Shown piece by piece: positions 23,840 through 36,956 of a stretch of DNA of 64,000 nucleotides; the first letter of the stretch is position 1, and each line of letters begins with the position of its first letter. The DNA is from Leptogorgia sarmentosa (Eukaryota). The notes beneath the pieces were generated by a model that saw only the letters and a list, made by a program, of their open reading frames with translations, was not told the origin of the DNA and did no database searches. Position numbers and translations under genes: made by a program. Where the stretch lies: contig OZ210885.1 in assembly GCA_964658305.1 (NCBI GenBank), positions 23,002,001 to 23,066,000 of the forward strand, read 5' to 3'.

Positions 23840-25532
23840 AGATTCATCAAATATACTGGATGGGCCCTTGTGAGTTTTCGCTTTTTCTAAAATTGCTTTT
23901 CTTGTGGATGGTGCAGTCGGGATGAAAGGTTTCCCTTGTGATTAACCAATCTTCAGGGTGTTTGAGTTGACTGCGATCAATGACAAAACAAGCATTTTCT
24001 TGGACACCATTTGGCCTTTTGGAACAAACCTTTTTAGAATCCACATCCAAAAAAAGCACAGTTACTTTTTCTTGAAATGATAACGTACGTTTACCCTTGA
24101 AGAGGTATGGCGTGGATGGATTATTCTCAGAATAACATGTTTTTGCCCTAAAATGACAGAATTGAATAAGAGATAAAATAATTTTATTCAGCGCTTCATA
24201 ATCCTAACCACACCCATTGGAGGTGCAATCTGGAGGAATCTGAGATCTGAGAGGAATCTAACCCTTCTACAGTAGTTAATACTTACCCCTTAAACGAGTT
24301 TGCACTACGTCCCGTTGTTTCTTCATCAGAACTGCTTATTGTTGCATACATATCATCTATTTCCGCCGAACGTTTCCTGCAATCTTCCACCTTTACAAAT
24401 TGAACTTCATCATCACCTTCGTTAACTTTTACACTGTCAACATCGTCAACATCATTTTCTCCCACTTTTATGGAATGATGGTTTTGAACGTCATTCTCTT
24501 CAACATCAATGTTGAAGAATTCTATTTCTTCATCGTCACTGCGCTCAAACAAGAACTCCTAAACAAAAATTATTTATATATATATATTATATCTGTCACT
24601 GATCAGATTTACAATTATATTGTTGTACAGTAGGGCTACTGTGCATCATAATTCATGCCTTGTACTGACTGTAATGAAATTTACACCGGTTGACATAATG
24701 ATTGAAGAAGTTACAGGTCTGAAAAGCACCTCTGTCAGCTTTACTGGATTAATTAACTTCTTTTGTAGTAAATTCATAATATATGGTAATTGTCTGCTAA
24801 AGGACACAACTGCATTGTCTTGGATTACCAGGATTGGTTAGAAAAGCCCAGTCAGTGGTACAAAGGGTGTGTGATGGCAGTTGGATTTGACTCATGCATT
24901 CCCCATGAAGAAATAGTTTGTATTATTTAGACTTAGCCCTGAAGAATTTCAATTCAGAAATCTCTACCCCTAATAAATTTCATGGTTATTTTGAATTTGT
25001 GTACGTTTTTTAAATGGAATATTTAATAAAATATGAACATGATAAACGGAAACTTGTATTTAACTTAGTTTAAAGTTTTAACTCAGCAGGTCATATTATG
25101 AACTGCAGGTGGAAACCGGAAAGCCGCATACAGTAAATACAACTAGTACAAGAACGTTAACGCAAACAAGCTACATACGCCATGATATTACTTATTGTTT
25201 TAGCCTGCTGTTTGAAGTAGAACGTAAACCTTCACCAGGCAGCAGTATATTGCTGTATAGTAATAGTGTATGTATTTTAATATATGTACTCAGGACGATT
25301 TAAATTGCAAATTCGTACAAGAACGATTCGTTTTTAATAAATTCATTGCACAAGCATCACAACGTCGAATAAATCATTAATAATAAGGACCAGAAGGATA
25401 TTCATAATGGTTCTATCTATTGCTACATGTACTTGTTACAATATAGTTAGCACTTACCTCGTACGTGAAAGTATCCATCACTGCAATTTGCAAAATGCCA
25501 AAAGGCCCAAAATATGGCGGCGCATAGTGAAC

Positions 25533-25571
25533 GGACCCGCGACCACCCGCGACCCGCGTTTTAGACCCGCC
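25533..25571 (-). repeat. Probable terminal inverted repeat of the MULE at 21809-24552
   Basis: Minus strand GGCGGGTCTAAAACGCGGGTCGCGGGTGGTCGCGGGTC: a terminal motif followed by short tandem subrepeats, the same architecture as the TIRs at 31985/37669. Partner TIR not found. Confidence 0.5.
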
Positions 25572-26405
25572 GAGTCGCCGACCTTGCTGTGCCACTACCG
25601 CCATCTTGATCCGAAAGAATTTACCACTGAGCAGTCTGAGCTAAAGAAAGACTGAAGTAAAACTGAGCTAAAGTAATTCTTTAGCTCAGTGGAATCTACC
25701 TAGTCACCAGGCTCTCTTGTGAGTCTCATAATTTAATTTTTTATTTATTAAATATCAAAAGAAGAGAGAATATAATTAAAGACAATTCTTGGCTGAAAAA
25801 AAAATCGTCTTTAATCATTAAAGAAGATTAAAGAAAAAATGTTTAAAGACAATTTGCCATCCCTGCATCAGGGGCGTACGTCAGGGCTGTTTATGACATA
25901 TACCCCCTTGCCCTGGCTTTATCACTTACATACATTAACAACAACAAAAATTGCACACACAGGTTAAAATTCAGAATGTTTGTGTGTTATTGTGTAAACC
26001 ACAAATATAATGGTGGCTTGGTGACGAATAAGTGTGCTGCGTTAGAATGTTTTGTTCTCCCCCCTGTACTTCGCTCGAGCTATGGTTCCCATGGAAACAA
26101 TATTTGGGCGATTCTGCTGACAAAGAGCTATCTGCTGCTGCAAAAATAAGCAAAATCTGCTCACAGAAAGAGATTTTATGAGGTTTTTTGTGTTTGGGAT
26201 TTTAAAAGAAAGTGATACTTTATCGTAAATTGGTGAGTATATGCCATTTGAGCCTTGTTTTTTCTTCTTTTGTATAACTTTGAATTTCTGAAAATTTGTT
26301 TCAACAAATACTTCGACACTCATAGTACACTCGTATGTTTTTTGATTTTCAGGTTTGTTTTGTTTTGTTGGTAAATTTTGTGGATTTGTAACTTGTAAGT
26401 GAATT

Positions 26406-27702
26406 ATGGCGGCATGGAGACACAGCTTCGATGTTGACGCATTGATGAAGGCGAGGAAGGAGTCCAAGCAGCTGCATAAGGAAATTGTCAAAGGCAATGA
26501 ATCTGTTAAGGAGAAGATGGCGTGCTTACAAAATTTGCAAATGAAGGAAAAGCAACTGGATTTAATAGTTTTGAATCTCTAAATATTCCTGTTTATTGAG
26601 GTGGTATTTAAAAACATTTTCATGAAGTTTCTTATTATGCATGCAAATTATATAAATCATCACTTAAAGTTAGAAGCTCTTTGAAGAACTGTCAACCAGT
26701 CAATAAGCAAAATGCTAATACAAGAACTAGAAATAGAATTTAGTAATCAACACAAGCTTTTATTCATGGATGGAGTAATGTGTTTTGCTGTTTAGATAGA
26801 AAAGAGTGAAAGAGATAGAGCAGTTAAAGGAGATAGAGTATGATATTTCAGAGCCAGCTAGAAAGACATGGAAGTATTTATCTAACAGGTCAATAGAAAA
26901 TAGGAAAAAGATGCCAACAATGTTTGAAGCAGGTAAATTACAGATCAGTGAGAAGGTTGCCTGGTCTCGTAGGGAGGAAACATACCAGGCAGCACTAGAG
27001 GTACATGGTGGAGAGAGTAAGTCAGCAGAGGTTGGTTTAATTGATACTGTTCTAAGCAAATGCAGTAAAGCAACATTAGGTGAAGTTCTTTCTAGCTCTG
27101 ACAAATTTCAGAAATCTGTTTTGCCAAAGCTATATAAGGGTCCACTTAAGAATTTCGAAGCTTCGGAAGAAAACATGATCAGAAGTGTCTCCGTCTATTA
27201 TGATGGTGGCATCATGGGTAAGAGAAAGTATCGGCAAGTGTACAGGAATGTATCCTTTGAAAAATCACGGCAATGTAAGAAGTATCGAAAGCGCCTTACT
27301 GTAAACAACTGCCCTATCCCATTGCTAGTTCCGTACAATAAATTAATGCCTTTTATTAAGAGCATAGATATTGGCACTGTGTACAATACCAGTGACTTGT
27401 GTACTGACCTTGAAGAAGGTGATAAGGTACAGGGTTGTTATAGAGAACTAAAAGAATTGCTAATTATGCTAAAACTAGTTCACCGGTCAAATGAGCTGGT
27501 TTGGTTTGATGAGCCCAACAAATTTTATGTTGCTTTGGGTGGTGATGGTGCCCCATTTGGTAAATATGATACAGCATGTGCTTGGTTGGTGAGTATTTTA
27601 AATCTGGGAAAGGGTATCCTAAGCAGCAACGATAATTATTTGTTGTTTGGGGCTAATTGCAGTAAAAGTTGTATTACAGTTAGTACATTCATCCAAGGTT
27701 GA
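26406..27702 (+). pseudogene. N-terminal fragment of a DDE transposase (Transib/RAG1/CMC-like), truncated
   Basis: ORF 26806-27702 ends in FYVALGGDGAPFGK...WLVSILN...YLLFGANC: a beta-strand-DG first catalytic Asp followed by RNase H strands. The rest is missing. Confidence 0.4.
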
Positions 27703-28481
27703 GGTTGGACAACTTGAGAAACAAGTGTTTGAACAGGAATGGAATCATTGCAGATGATCCCTGAAGGTCAGAAGTTGTCTTCTGCTACGTATTGCCCTTA
27801 CCTGAAGAAATCCCTTGAGTCACGGTTGGATACACTTCCTTTAGCAACATTGAAGAAGATTACCTTAATGCATGTCATATGCAGCAAAGGCAACAATGGA
27901 ATCCCTTCAGTCGTTTGGTTTTGTGAACAAAATCGTAATGGTTTGGCAACTAAACTCGCCAAATTTGAACCCAATTGAGAACTTGTGGTGGATAATAAAG
28001 CATCATGTTTATATCATCATTGCAATATTGTTTCTACCATGAACCAAACAAAATTCACCTTTATTATGTTTAATCCTCTTCATATGTAATTGCTCAATGT
28101 ACTAATATCATACCAAACTTATATAAACAGTCAGTATACATGAATAATTACAAATAATAAATATTACCAATATTAGTTCATACTGGTTTTACATGATTTA
28201 AATACTTTTCATTCAAATCTTGCAAAAATTGGGTTTCTTTCCAGGAAATAGAAAATATTTTGAACGACACAGTACATGAAGATGATGCAGGTGATATGCA
28301 ATGCACTGAACAGGACCCAGCCAATTATGTTCCAAATTATGATGCAGGAACACAATGTGAACCCAGAGTTTTGCTGGATGCAGAGACCCAGTCTGACAAA
28401 ATATAAAAACGTAGCATTGGCATACAAACACTTGCACCACGTAAAAAGAAAACTAGAAAATCCCAAAGGCTACATACATCA

Positions 28482-29690
28482 TTGAGTCCAAATGCCAATT
28501 GTCCAGTTGATACACTGTCAACACCGATGGAAATAAAACAACACAAGCCATCCGCTGCTCGTGCTCTTTACAATAATGGTCCTGATTCAGCCCTAACTGT
28601 GATGAAAGAAACAGACCCATATGCAAAATATAACTCTGAGCCTGAGGAAACAGATAGTTTAGCAGATAACACATCAGACAGTGAATTCACTTCAAATACT
28701 GACAGTGATGAGGATTACTTGTGTTCTGAATCAGAAAGTACAACTGATGAGTCTGATGAGGAGGAACTAAAAAATGAAAGCAAATTTGTTGTGTTCGAAA
28801 GCATGCTTGACCAGCTTTTTATTAATTGCAAAACTTGTGGCTGTTTATGTGAGATTGAAAAGTCTGTCACTGGTAGCATGGTATCAGTCAAAGCAACCTG
28901 CTGTAAAAACCATACCTTTCACTGGAGATCACAACCCTGGAGATCACAACCCTGGTAACATTTAAATTCCTGCAGCAATTGTCTTTTCAGGTGGATCATA
29001 CAAACCGATGAAACAATTCTCAAATGCACTTAACTTGAAATTTGTGAATAAGGATCAGTTTTATGATGTGCAAGACAAGATAATTTTCCCAGTCATCAAT
29101 AATGCCTATAAAAAACAACAAAAGGATATCATTGAAACATTGAAAGATGAGAAAACTGCAGTGAATTTATGTGGTGATGGTAGATCTGATAGCCCTGGTC
29201 ATAATGCTAAATATGGCACATACTAATGGATGAAGCTACTGGAAACATAGTCGATTTCTCTCTTGTTCAAGTCTCCGAGGTTACTTCATCCAATGCAATG
29301 GAGAATGAAGGGTGTCAAAGATCTCTGAACAAAGTCCTTTCCCACGATGTAAACATAAGATCATTGGCAACAGATCGTCACACAACCATAACTGCAGAAA
29401 TGCAAAAAAATTGCCCTCCATTATTCATCAGTATGATGTGTGGCACCTGTCAAAGTGGGTTACCAAGAAGCTGAGCAAGAAAGCCAAGAAAAAAGGAAAC
29501 GAGCCACTTTTTAAATGGATAAAATGTGTATCCAATCATTTGTGGTGGTGTTCACAGACTTGTGGTGGTAATGCTGAAGCCCGGAGGGAGAGGTTGGTGT
29601 CCATTTTGAACCATGTGGTGAACAAACATAAATGGAAGAACAATAAACATTTCAAAAAGTGTGAACATGGTCCCATGTCTAGTATATGGT
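28482..29690 (+). pseudogene. Kolobok-type DDE transposase, frameshifted and truncated
   Basis: CKTC...CCKNH zinc motif with WRSQP (duplicated 15 bp), LCGDGRSDSPGHNAKYGTY, SNAME, LATDRH, HQYDVWH (DxxH), NHLWWC, HVVNKHKW. Confidence 0.75.
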
Positions 29691-29809
29691 TGTTCCTGTA
29701 CTAGAACGGTATTTTACCAAATCCGAAACTAAAACGCAAATGCCTTTGAAGGCTGTAAAAACACCTTCCTTTTGGCATATTCACAGTCTATTATTTTTGC
29801 TGACTTTCA

Positions 29810-31497
29810 TCAAAGTAGCTTATATGCAACTTTCGGCTTGGTACTCATTGGCCATGCTTCATGGCAAATAACACATTGAAAAATTGTCATTTTTATAGCT
29901 TTGTGGAATTTAGTCATATTTTGTTTTGCACACTGTTGTTCGTGAAGTTTACTGTACTTGGAAGTGCTTTCTGGACATGAAGAAACTACATTGTTTTCAA
30001 GTGATTTACTCTCAGTATCATGTATAAAAATGGACTCGGTTGTTTGTGTGTTACGAGCTTTATTTGAGGCACTATTAAATTGTACAATATTGTTTTGCAG
30101 GCTACCACTCAACTGTGCAACATTACGTTTGCGATTTTTGTATGCTTGTCTTCTTTTTTCTAAACGTTTGAGTTGCTGTTCTGGAGATTTGGACATCTTT
30201 TTCTGTTTGTAATAAGTTCTGTACAATAGCAAACGGTTTTTGCGCTGTTGCTGTGTCTCCTTCGCAAAACTATATTCACCTAAATTCTTCCTCCTCCTAT
30301 AGGCAAGTCTTTTCTTTTCAAGACGTTTGTTTCCCTGTTGTAAAGATTCTGACATTTTTCTCTTTTTGTAATTGTTCCTGCACGAAAATAAACGTTTATC
30401 ACGCTGTTCCTGGGTTTCTTTTGCAACTCTTTTGTAATTAAGTTTTCTTTTTTGTGATTGATGTTCTTTGGAGCTATTGTTGCATACAGGCATTTTGTTA
30501 CCTACTCCGGCTGCAACCTTGTTTGTGCTTATCTTATGGGTGTCCGTTTGAGTTGGTGATGAAATATCATGGAATGGACTCTGTGTGTCGTTGACAATGC
30601 TATTCCCGTATTGCTCAGTATACAGATTTTCAGTTTCGACCAATGTATAAATACTAAAGAACCAACCGTTTGGATAACGTAGAAATAGATCTTGGGAGCT
30701 GTGAAACTGTGATACGGAAGTGCACATGTCATCAAGAAAAATCCATTTATCGTCACTTAGTAAAGCACAAGTAAAGTGTCTATTATAGCAGTGAACTAAT
30801 CCCTTTAATGCATATGTTTTAGCCGAAATTATGATATTTTCCAAAAAGGGTAAATTACCAATAGCATCCGAAGCAAATTCAATAAATAAAATCTTCGCTG
30901 GGAGAAAGGCTTTTAAAATTATATCATTTCTGTTCCGGATATCACATAGATCGCAGTACAAAGACGTACAAAGTTTTGAATGGTTTAATGATACGTAGTC
31001 AGGCCAAAACATTTCACTGCAACCAGAACGTTGCAAGTCTGATATGGTGACATAGTTTACTAATATGATGCTATCGATGGCAAGAAGTTGGTTGCAGCGT
31101 GAGCAATTAGTTTCAAACTTGTACTGTGTTGTAAATATACCTTTTTCTTGTGTATTAATGTTAGTAAAACATTGCCGGTCCAATATTTCTGAAAACTGCG
31201 CATTACAATTTATTGCTTGAAATGAAGAACAGTATTGCTGTAAATAGGTCCATACTGCCTCTCTCGAATATCACGGAGTAACGAGTGATTTCCATCTTCA
31301 ATCGACTGATACTGAATACAAGCATTATAAAGTATCTCTAAAAATTCCGATCTATCTGTACATATTTGCAAGTATGATATGAGTATCTCTGCACTAAGCT
31401 CTATAAAACAGTCTACACCACATGAAAACATTCCTGGGTCATTATAACATGAATTCATTAAATGAAATCTCTCTGCAACCAAACGCTGTTGAAACAT
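29810..31497 (-). pseudogene. Helitron-like N-terminal region: USP-like cysteine protease + STPR-like repeats, truncated before Rep
   Basis: Cys box NDPGMFSCGVDCFIEL (31497-31210), then after a frameshift CxxC pairs and a His box HFTCA...WIFLDD. Four ET/ES-QEQR..RL basic repeats follow, then FHKAIKMTIFQCVICHEAWP, a motif seen ahead of Helitron Rep domains. Confidence 0.5.
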
Positions 31498-33057
31498 GAT
31501 ACCGACGTTGACATGTTTACAAATTAGAAATGAACAATCATATCAAATTTGCTACATATATGGGACAGGTGCAGTTCCAATGTTGTGCAAGACTTCCGTA
31601 GTGAGTGGTACCTTCTCATATCTTATTTTACCCCACCCAGACGTGCCTAGTTATTTAGCTACCCCACCATTTTCTCTTCAGCCCCCACCCCTGCCATAAA
31701 TAATGACTGGTCCCTAATGCAAATGAGCTCAATTATTGTTTTTTTCGTCACTGCCTAAAACTTTTCCCATTAAGCGAGGTAACTTTTCTCCATATGAAAA
31801 GAGACAATATTATTTGGCAAGTCGAAGTGCTTCCTCGTCAACCGGGATAACTTTTGCTCATATGTGACAATTGAGGATCGCAGATAATTGGGTCATAGAT
31901 ATCAGAATATATTTACATTTGTACAATTTGTACAATATAATTGGATGCATGGAATTAACGTATATGTTATTTCATAAATGCAATGAGTTTGACTAATTGT
32001 CGAGGGTGGGAGGTCGAGGGTCGAGGGTAACATGTCGAGGGTAGAAAAAAATGTCGAGGGTTGAAAAAATATTAAACCAGTTAAAAGTTAAAACAATTCT
32101 ACATTATGACGTGTAGAATGCAATATTATTATTCAGTTTTCGTAAACTAGTGTTCTGATTGGCCGATTTGTACCACGTGACTTCATTTTACATAACAACA
32201 ATGCACGGCTGGGCATTATAGCCATGCGTAAACTTTTTATTGCACTGCAAGATGGCTTCCGAGTGCGAGAAGTTTTTAGTTTTTTCCACCGACGATATAG
32301 AGGCAATAATTTCTGTTTTAATTATAAATTGTAATTATAAATGTTGTACTATAAAATTTATTTTTTGTAATAAATATGAATTGTGTGGCAGTGGCGTTTC
32401 TTTTTGCATATTTCTCTATGCATGTATATAACAATGTGAAATACTTGTTCTTTTGTGGTTTACTCAAATTGAATATTAAAACGTTTAAAGCACTCTTTTT
32501 GCGCCTCGTGCAGTGTTACATTTCTTGTTTCTTGTTCGCGAATTTGTGCTTGAAATGCCGATAATGCACTCAAAGAGTGCTGTAATCCTTAATTAAATAC
32601 GATCTGATCAGAAATTGCGCGTTTTGCCTGTCAATGAAATTAAAAGTGTGGTGTACTTTAGCTCATATATAGCAAGCACAATGCGGTGGATGCGCAAAAT
32701 TCACACGGGTGGATGCGTCGCGGGTTTTACTTTTAGTTATGGCGGAGCTGCATGTTCTTTGGAACAAGTTAACTTTTGAAATGTAGCAGGCGTAATCCCG
32801 TAACATTCGCCTCGACTGCAGGAATTTCCTGACTGGAAGTACCAGCTATTGTAAGTCACACCAAAGAGGATTTGTCTCAGTGTCGTAGTGTAATGTCCGG
32901 TGATAAACTAATATGTAAAAACTAGATTTGCATTTGTAGTGATAATTAGTTCCTGTAGATGTAAATTGTAATTTAACACTGATATAATGACAATGCATTA
33001 GTTATCTCATAAGTATGCTGTGTTTATTATTTTTTTGTGAACCAATCTTCATATATA

Positions 33058-33821
33058 CAGGGTGTATCAAAAAAAAGTTTACTGATGAAAAACATTCTCT
33101 AAACTAACGAGGGCTCAAAATTTCCAAAAACTTTCGGTTAGCATGGGTAGTTTAGCACCCTCTGGTATATCTAGCACTAAGTTTATTTTAAAAACAAACT
33201 TTTGTAGAATGGGAAATGTGGTTACTGAAAGGCCCATTAAAAACGACTTGCACGGAAAAAATAAGTTTTTTTCACACAATTTGATTTAATCGGATGAAAA
33301 TATGGAGTATGATATACAAGCTATTCAAGTTTTGAGAAAATTTGGTGCACGCCGAGACGAACATGCGATGTCCAAAAACTGGATTTTGCGTTCTTTCCTG
33401 CGTGATTACCGATTAATTTATACATAATTGGATATTTGCATTAATTACTAATGCAAATTGCAAGCTAATTCCCAAAGGTCCGTAATTACGCGAAGAATTT
33501 GCGGAAAATCCAGTTTTCGGACATCGCACGTTCGTCTCGGCGTGCACCAAATTTCTCAAAACTTGAATAGCTTGTATATTATACTCCATATTTTCATCTG
33601 ATTAAATCAAATTGTGTGAAGAAAACTTATTTTTTTGGCGCAAGCCGTTTTTAATGAACACATTTCCCATTCTAAAAAAGTTTGTTTTTAAAATAAATTT
33701 AGTGCTAGATATACCAGAGGGTGTTAAACTACCCATGGTAACCGAAAGTTTTTGGAAATTTTGAGCGCTCGTTAGTTTAGAGAATTTTTTTCATCAGTAA
33801 ACTTTTTTTTTATACACCCTG
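33058..33821. mobile_element. Tc1/mariner-type foldback MITE nested in the MULE
   Basis: TA|CAGGGTGTAT...ATACACCCTG|TA, with inverted arms of about 350 bp (33058-~33410 vs ~33480-33821) and a short spacer. Confidence 0.9.
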
Positions 33822-34162
33822 TATATATATAGGCTCCTGCTAATTGCACGTGTTTCGGAACAAAATGTTTACAATTGCTTTTTTGCCCATTAAATTGTTA
33901 AATTCAAGAATTTCAAACATGAAAGTCCAAAAAACGGCATGAAACGGAATTACATAAGACTGTAAAATGACACTGTTAAAAGTAAGGGACAGATAAAAAA
34001 GTGTGAACATTCCTTATTCTATCTCTTCTTGACCAAGTACTGTCAGGATACGAATCGCTGTCTGTCGCTTATCCAAGCTTTGAATTAATTACGCTTTACG
34101 CACACTCTTGTTGTGAGCTTTCACTCTATATCAGTCGGATAAAAACTCGAATCATTAAAAGA

Positions 34163-34327
34163 ATGGAAACACTGAAAATCAGAGCCGGTGAAAGTGGATT
34201 AAAGATCGCCTATAATCCTCCTGGTGATGGTTTATGTTTTTATTCAGCAGCTGGGCATCAACTTGGCTTGCCAGCTCTGGCGGTGCCAAAAATGATTTTT
34301 CAATATTTGAAAAGCAATCGATATGAT
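34163..34327 (+). CDS. OTU-like cysteine protease N-terminal exon inside the MULE
   Basis: ATG...NPPGDGLCFYSAAGHQL...YLKSN matches the OTU GDGxC catalytic loop and ends at the donor GTAAGT (34328). The His-box exon was not found. Confidence 0.6.
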
Positions 34328-34547
34328 GTAAGTCTCCTTGTTAATTTTGTGCCAAAAGTTTTCAAAAGGAAAAGTAAGTTCTTTTGAGAAAAAGTTATGG
34401 TTCTGTTGTTCGCGCGGCTAAATCCCACCTATGTAAACTCCATGTGCTAAATCCCGTACATTAGTAATAACCCAATAATTCCCGGCACAAGTTACATGTA
34501 ATTGCCTGCTAAGTGAAATTGAGAAATATTCTTCTACTCAATGTAGA

Positions 34548-36956
34548 ATGTACAGTCGTTTGAGCAGTACCAGTGATGATGCCAGTAGTGAAGGAGATCT
34601 TGACGTTTCCCAAATGCGAATGAAAGAAGAAAAGAAGAAGCAAAAAAAGGTTTCCATACACCACTGGTCGAATGTTACGCCAGAAACTGTTACCAAACTT
34701 CCAAATGGTATTGATGGCCTCAAGCTTTATGTCATCAAAAAGGGTGATAGCGACAAAGCTGATGGCCTTGAATTACAAGATGGAAGGAAGTGGAAGAAAA
34801 GCTGTCCAACACAGTGGGCGGGTCATCAACGCGTTTGCTTTGCTGATTGCAAAGGTTCACATAAATGCCTCAACGCGTCGTGTCCCTTCAAGGTACAGTT
34901 TGGTATTATAAACACTAAACAGTTTGAGAAGAAGAGACATCAGCCCCTAGTGTGCAAAGGATGTGGAATGGAGCCAACATTCGTAGAATGCTTTGCTCGA
35001 TGTTATATAAGTACGTCAACACAAGTGAAGAAGGTGTACCATTATGGCATTCATACCTGCCCTACGAACAAGACCGTGGTTAAAGACAGAGAAGAAATGT
35101 CACAGCTTATAAGAAGTAACCCGCAAATAAAACCGTCGGAAATACAATCAGCCCGTGTTTTGTCTGCATTTAGAGAAGGCGCAGATTGGCAAAGAGTGGA
35201 AAAAGAAGTCGAAGCCACGTTAGACAGAAAATGGCTTTCAAATTTAAAGAAAAAAATTAAAGATGATCTAGAGCCAGTTGGTCACGACTTTGAGTCTGTG
35301 GTCACCTTTAAGGAATACTGTGACAAGAAGGACGAGTATTATGTTTATAAAATAAATGACCACAGGGGAAATCCTGACCTACCTTCTTTTGTGTTTAAAG
35401 CAAGCAAACAAAAGGCTAAAATGGCAATACAAATGGACAAAGACGGTGAACATTTTCTAAGCGAAGAGTATTGCTTCTTTGATGGAAAATGCAAACAATG
35501 CCGTGGATTTGTGACACTAACTGCGAGTGTATATCATGCACTCTTACGCAAGCAAGTTCCTCTAGCTGTAATGGAAGCAGAAAGTGAAGACACCAAAAAC
35601 ATTTCATTATTTTGGACTCTTTTTAACGAGATCTTAAAGAAAATTTCGGGGAAAAAAGATTATATGTTTAATCCAATCGGATTCTGCACTGATATGGCAG
35701 GCGCTAACATTGGTGGCATTGCAAACATTTTTGGCAATGATATGAAATCGGCAATCAAAAGTTGCGAATTTCATTTCAAAGAGCAGCGTAATAAAAAGGC
35801 TAATAGGTTGCGAGACGAAAACAGTGTTACAGAATTCAAAGATCTTTGTGAACAATTGCTAAACAGCACCACAGAAGAAGCTTACAATGCCGCAAAGAAA
35901 GATATGGACGCATTTGTTAAAGGAGACAAAGACAGGGAATTTCTGGAGACGTGGGTAGCTTGGTGGCATGAAAGACGCGGTTTCATTTTCAGAGCGTTTG
36001 CTCCACAAAATGCTCCCCAAATGAATCAAGCTGAGGTGATCCACGCCAGCTGGGTTCATCGTGATCCGGCCAATCTAACATTGCTCTACGCCTGCCAAGC
36101 CGACGTTAGAGACAGTTTAATCTTGGATGTAGAATTGAAAGAATACGAACAAGGCTCCCTGTCAGTTGGAACTGGTCCGTCTTTTCAGAGCCGCAAAAAA
36201 AGGCAACATGATCGAGAAGTACAGAAAGCGCGACAGATGGGTAAAGAATTATTGGAAAGTTGTGGTGATGGTTTCCTAATAGACCCCAATTCAGCGCATA
36301 AGCCTGCCGTAAAGAGAAAAAAAAGGAACAGTGGAAAAAGAAAAGAAAAAGAGGACCCTCCCCAAAACACGGCATCAGCTTACGCACAACGGCAAAACCA
36401 TCACAACTCAACGCCCGCCCAAGACCCACCCCCTTTTAATCGACCGTATTTAGGTGGGCAGCCTCCTGTAGTGCCTTCATACTATCCACAAAGCCCCCAT
36501 CCTTTCTTCACCTCAGCCCATACCACTAACTATCCATGGACCTCTCCTGTCCCCCAACCACCAATGCCCCAACCTTGGTCTCAGGCTCTGCGTCAAGGAG
36601 TGGAATGGAACTCGGCTCAATCACCGCATGCTTATGAACTTGTGATTCTACAAAATAATGTAGAGAAGTGCTATGGTTGTGGGGCAGAGTTTACAGACAT
36701 GTTTCGAGGTCATCCAAACAATGTTGTCGTAAAACATATGGACAGAAGAGTAACGGGAAAAACTCCTAGCGGCCAGCTGATTTATAGCCACGATTTTTCA
36801 AACACATACTACCACCCTTCTGTCTTACACATAAAAAGAAAAAATCCGTCCTTTAATGGGACTGTGTTAATAGATAATGCCTTACTAAACATACTTGACG
36901 CCCAACAAAAGCAGGTCATTTCAACATATGGTTTTAACATTGTACCGAAACACTAA
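34548..36956 (+). CDS. MULE transposase, uninterrupted 802-aa ORF (WRKY/GCM-like Zn domain, DDE core, Pro-rich linker, C-terminal Zn finger)
   Basis: DGRKW...CKGSHKC...C...C..C...HYGIHTC; CFFDG (D), FCTDMAG (D), CEFH (CxxH), MNQAEVIH (E); C-terminal CYGC...YYHPSVLH. Confidence 0.88.
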   Translation: MYSRLSSTSDDASSEGDLDVSQMRMKEEKKKQKKVSIHHWSNVTPETVTKLPNGIDGLKLYVIKKGDSDKADGLELQDGRKWKKSCPTQWAGHQRVCFADCKGSHKCLNASCPFKVQFGIINTKQFEKKRHQPLVCKGCGMEPTFVECFARCYISTSTQVKKVYHYGIHTCPTNKTVVKDREEMSQLIRSNPQIKPSEIQSARVLSAFREGADWQRVEKEVEATLDRKWLSNLKKKIKDDLEPVGHDFESVVTFKEYCDKKDEYYVYKINDHRGNPDLPSFVFKASKQKAKMAIQMDKDGEHFLSEEYCFFDGKCKQCRGFVTLTASVYHALLRKQVPLAVMEAESEDTKNISLFWTLFNEILKKISGKKDYMFNPIGFCTDMAGANIGGIANIFGNDMKSAIKSCEFHFKEQRNKKANRLRDENSVTEFKDLCEQLLNSTTEEAYNAAKKDMDAFVKGDKDREFLETWVAWWHERRGFIFRAFAPQNAPQMNQAEVIHASWVHRDPANLTLLYACQADVRDSLILDVELKEYEQGSLSVGTGPSFQSRKKRQHDREVQKARQMGKELLESCGDGFLIDPNSAHKPAVKRKKRNSGKRKEKEDPPQNTASAYAQRQNHHNSTPAQDPPPFNRPYLGGQPPVVPSYYPQSPHPFFTSAHTTNYPWTSPVPQPPMPQPWSQALRQGVEWNSAQSPHAYELVILQNNVEKCYGCGAEFTDMFRGHPNNVVVKHMDRRVTGKTPSGQLIYSHDFSNTYYHPSVLHIKRKNPSFNGTVLIDNALLNILDAQQKQVISTYGFNIVPKH

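Noticed and set aside
25624..25692. CCACTGAGC...GCTCAGTGG tiny inverted repeat with CTGAGCTAAAG subrepeats
   Set aside because: Too short to assign, no TSD; possibly a collapsed CACTA-type remnant.
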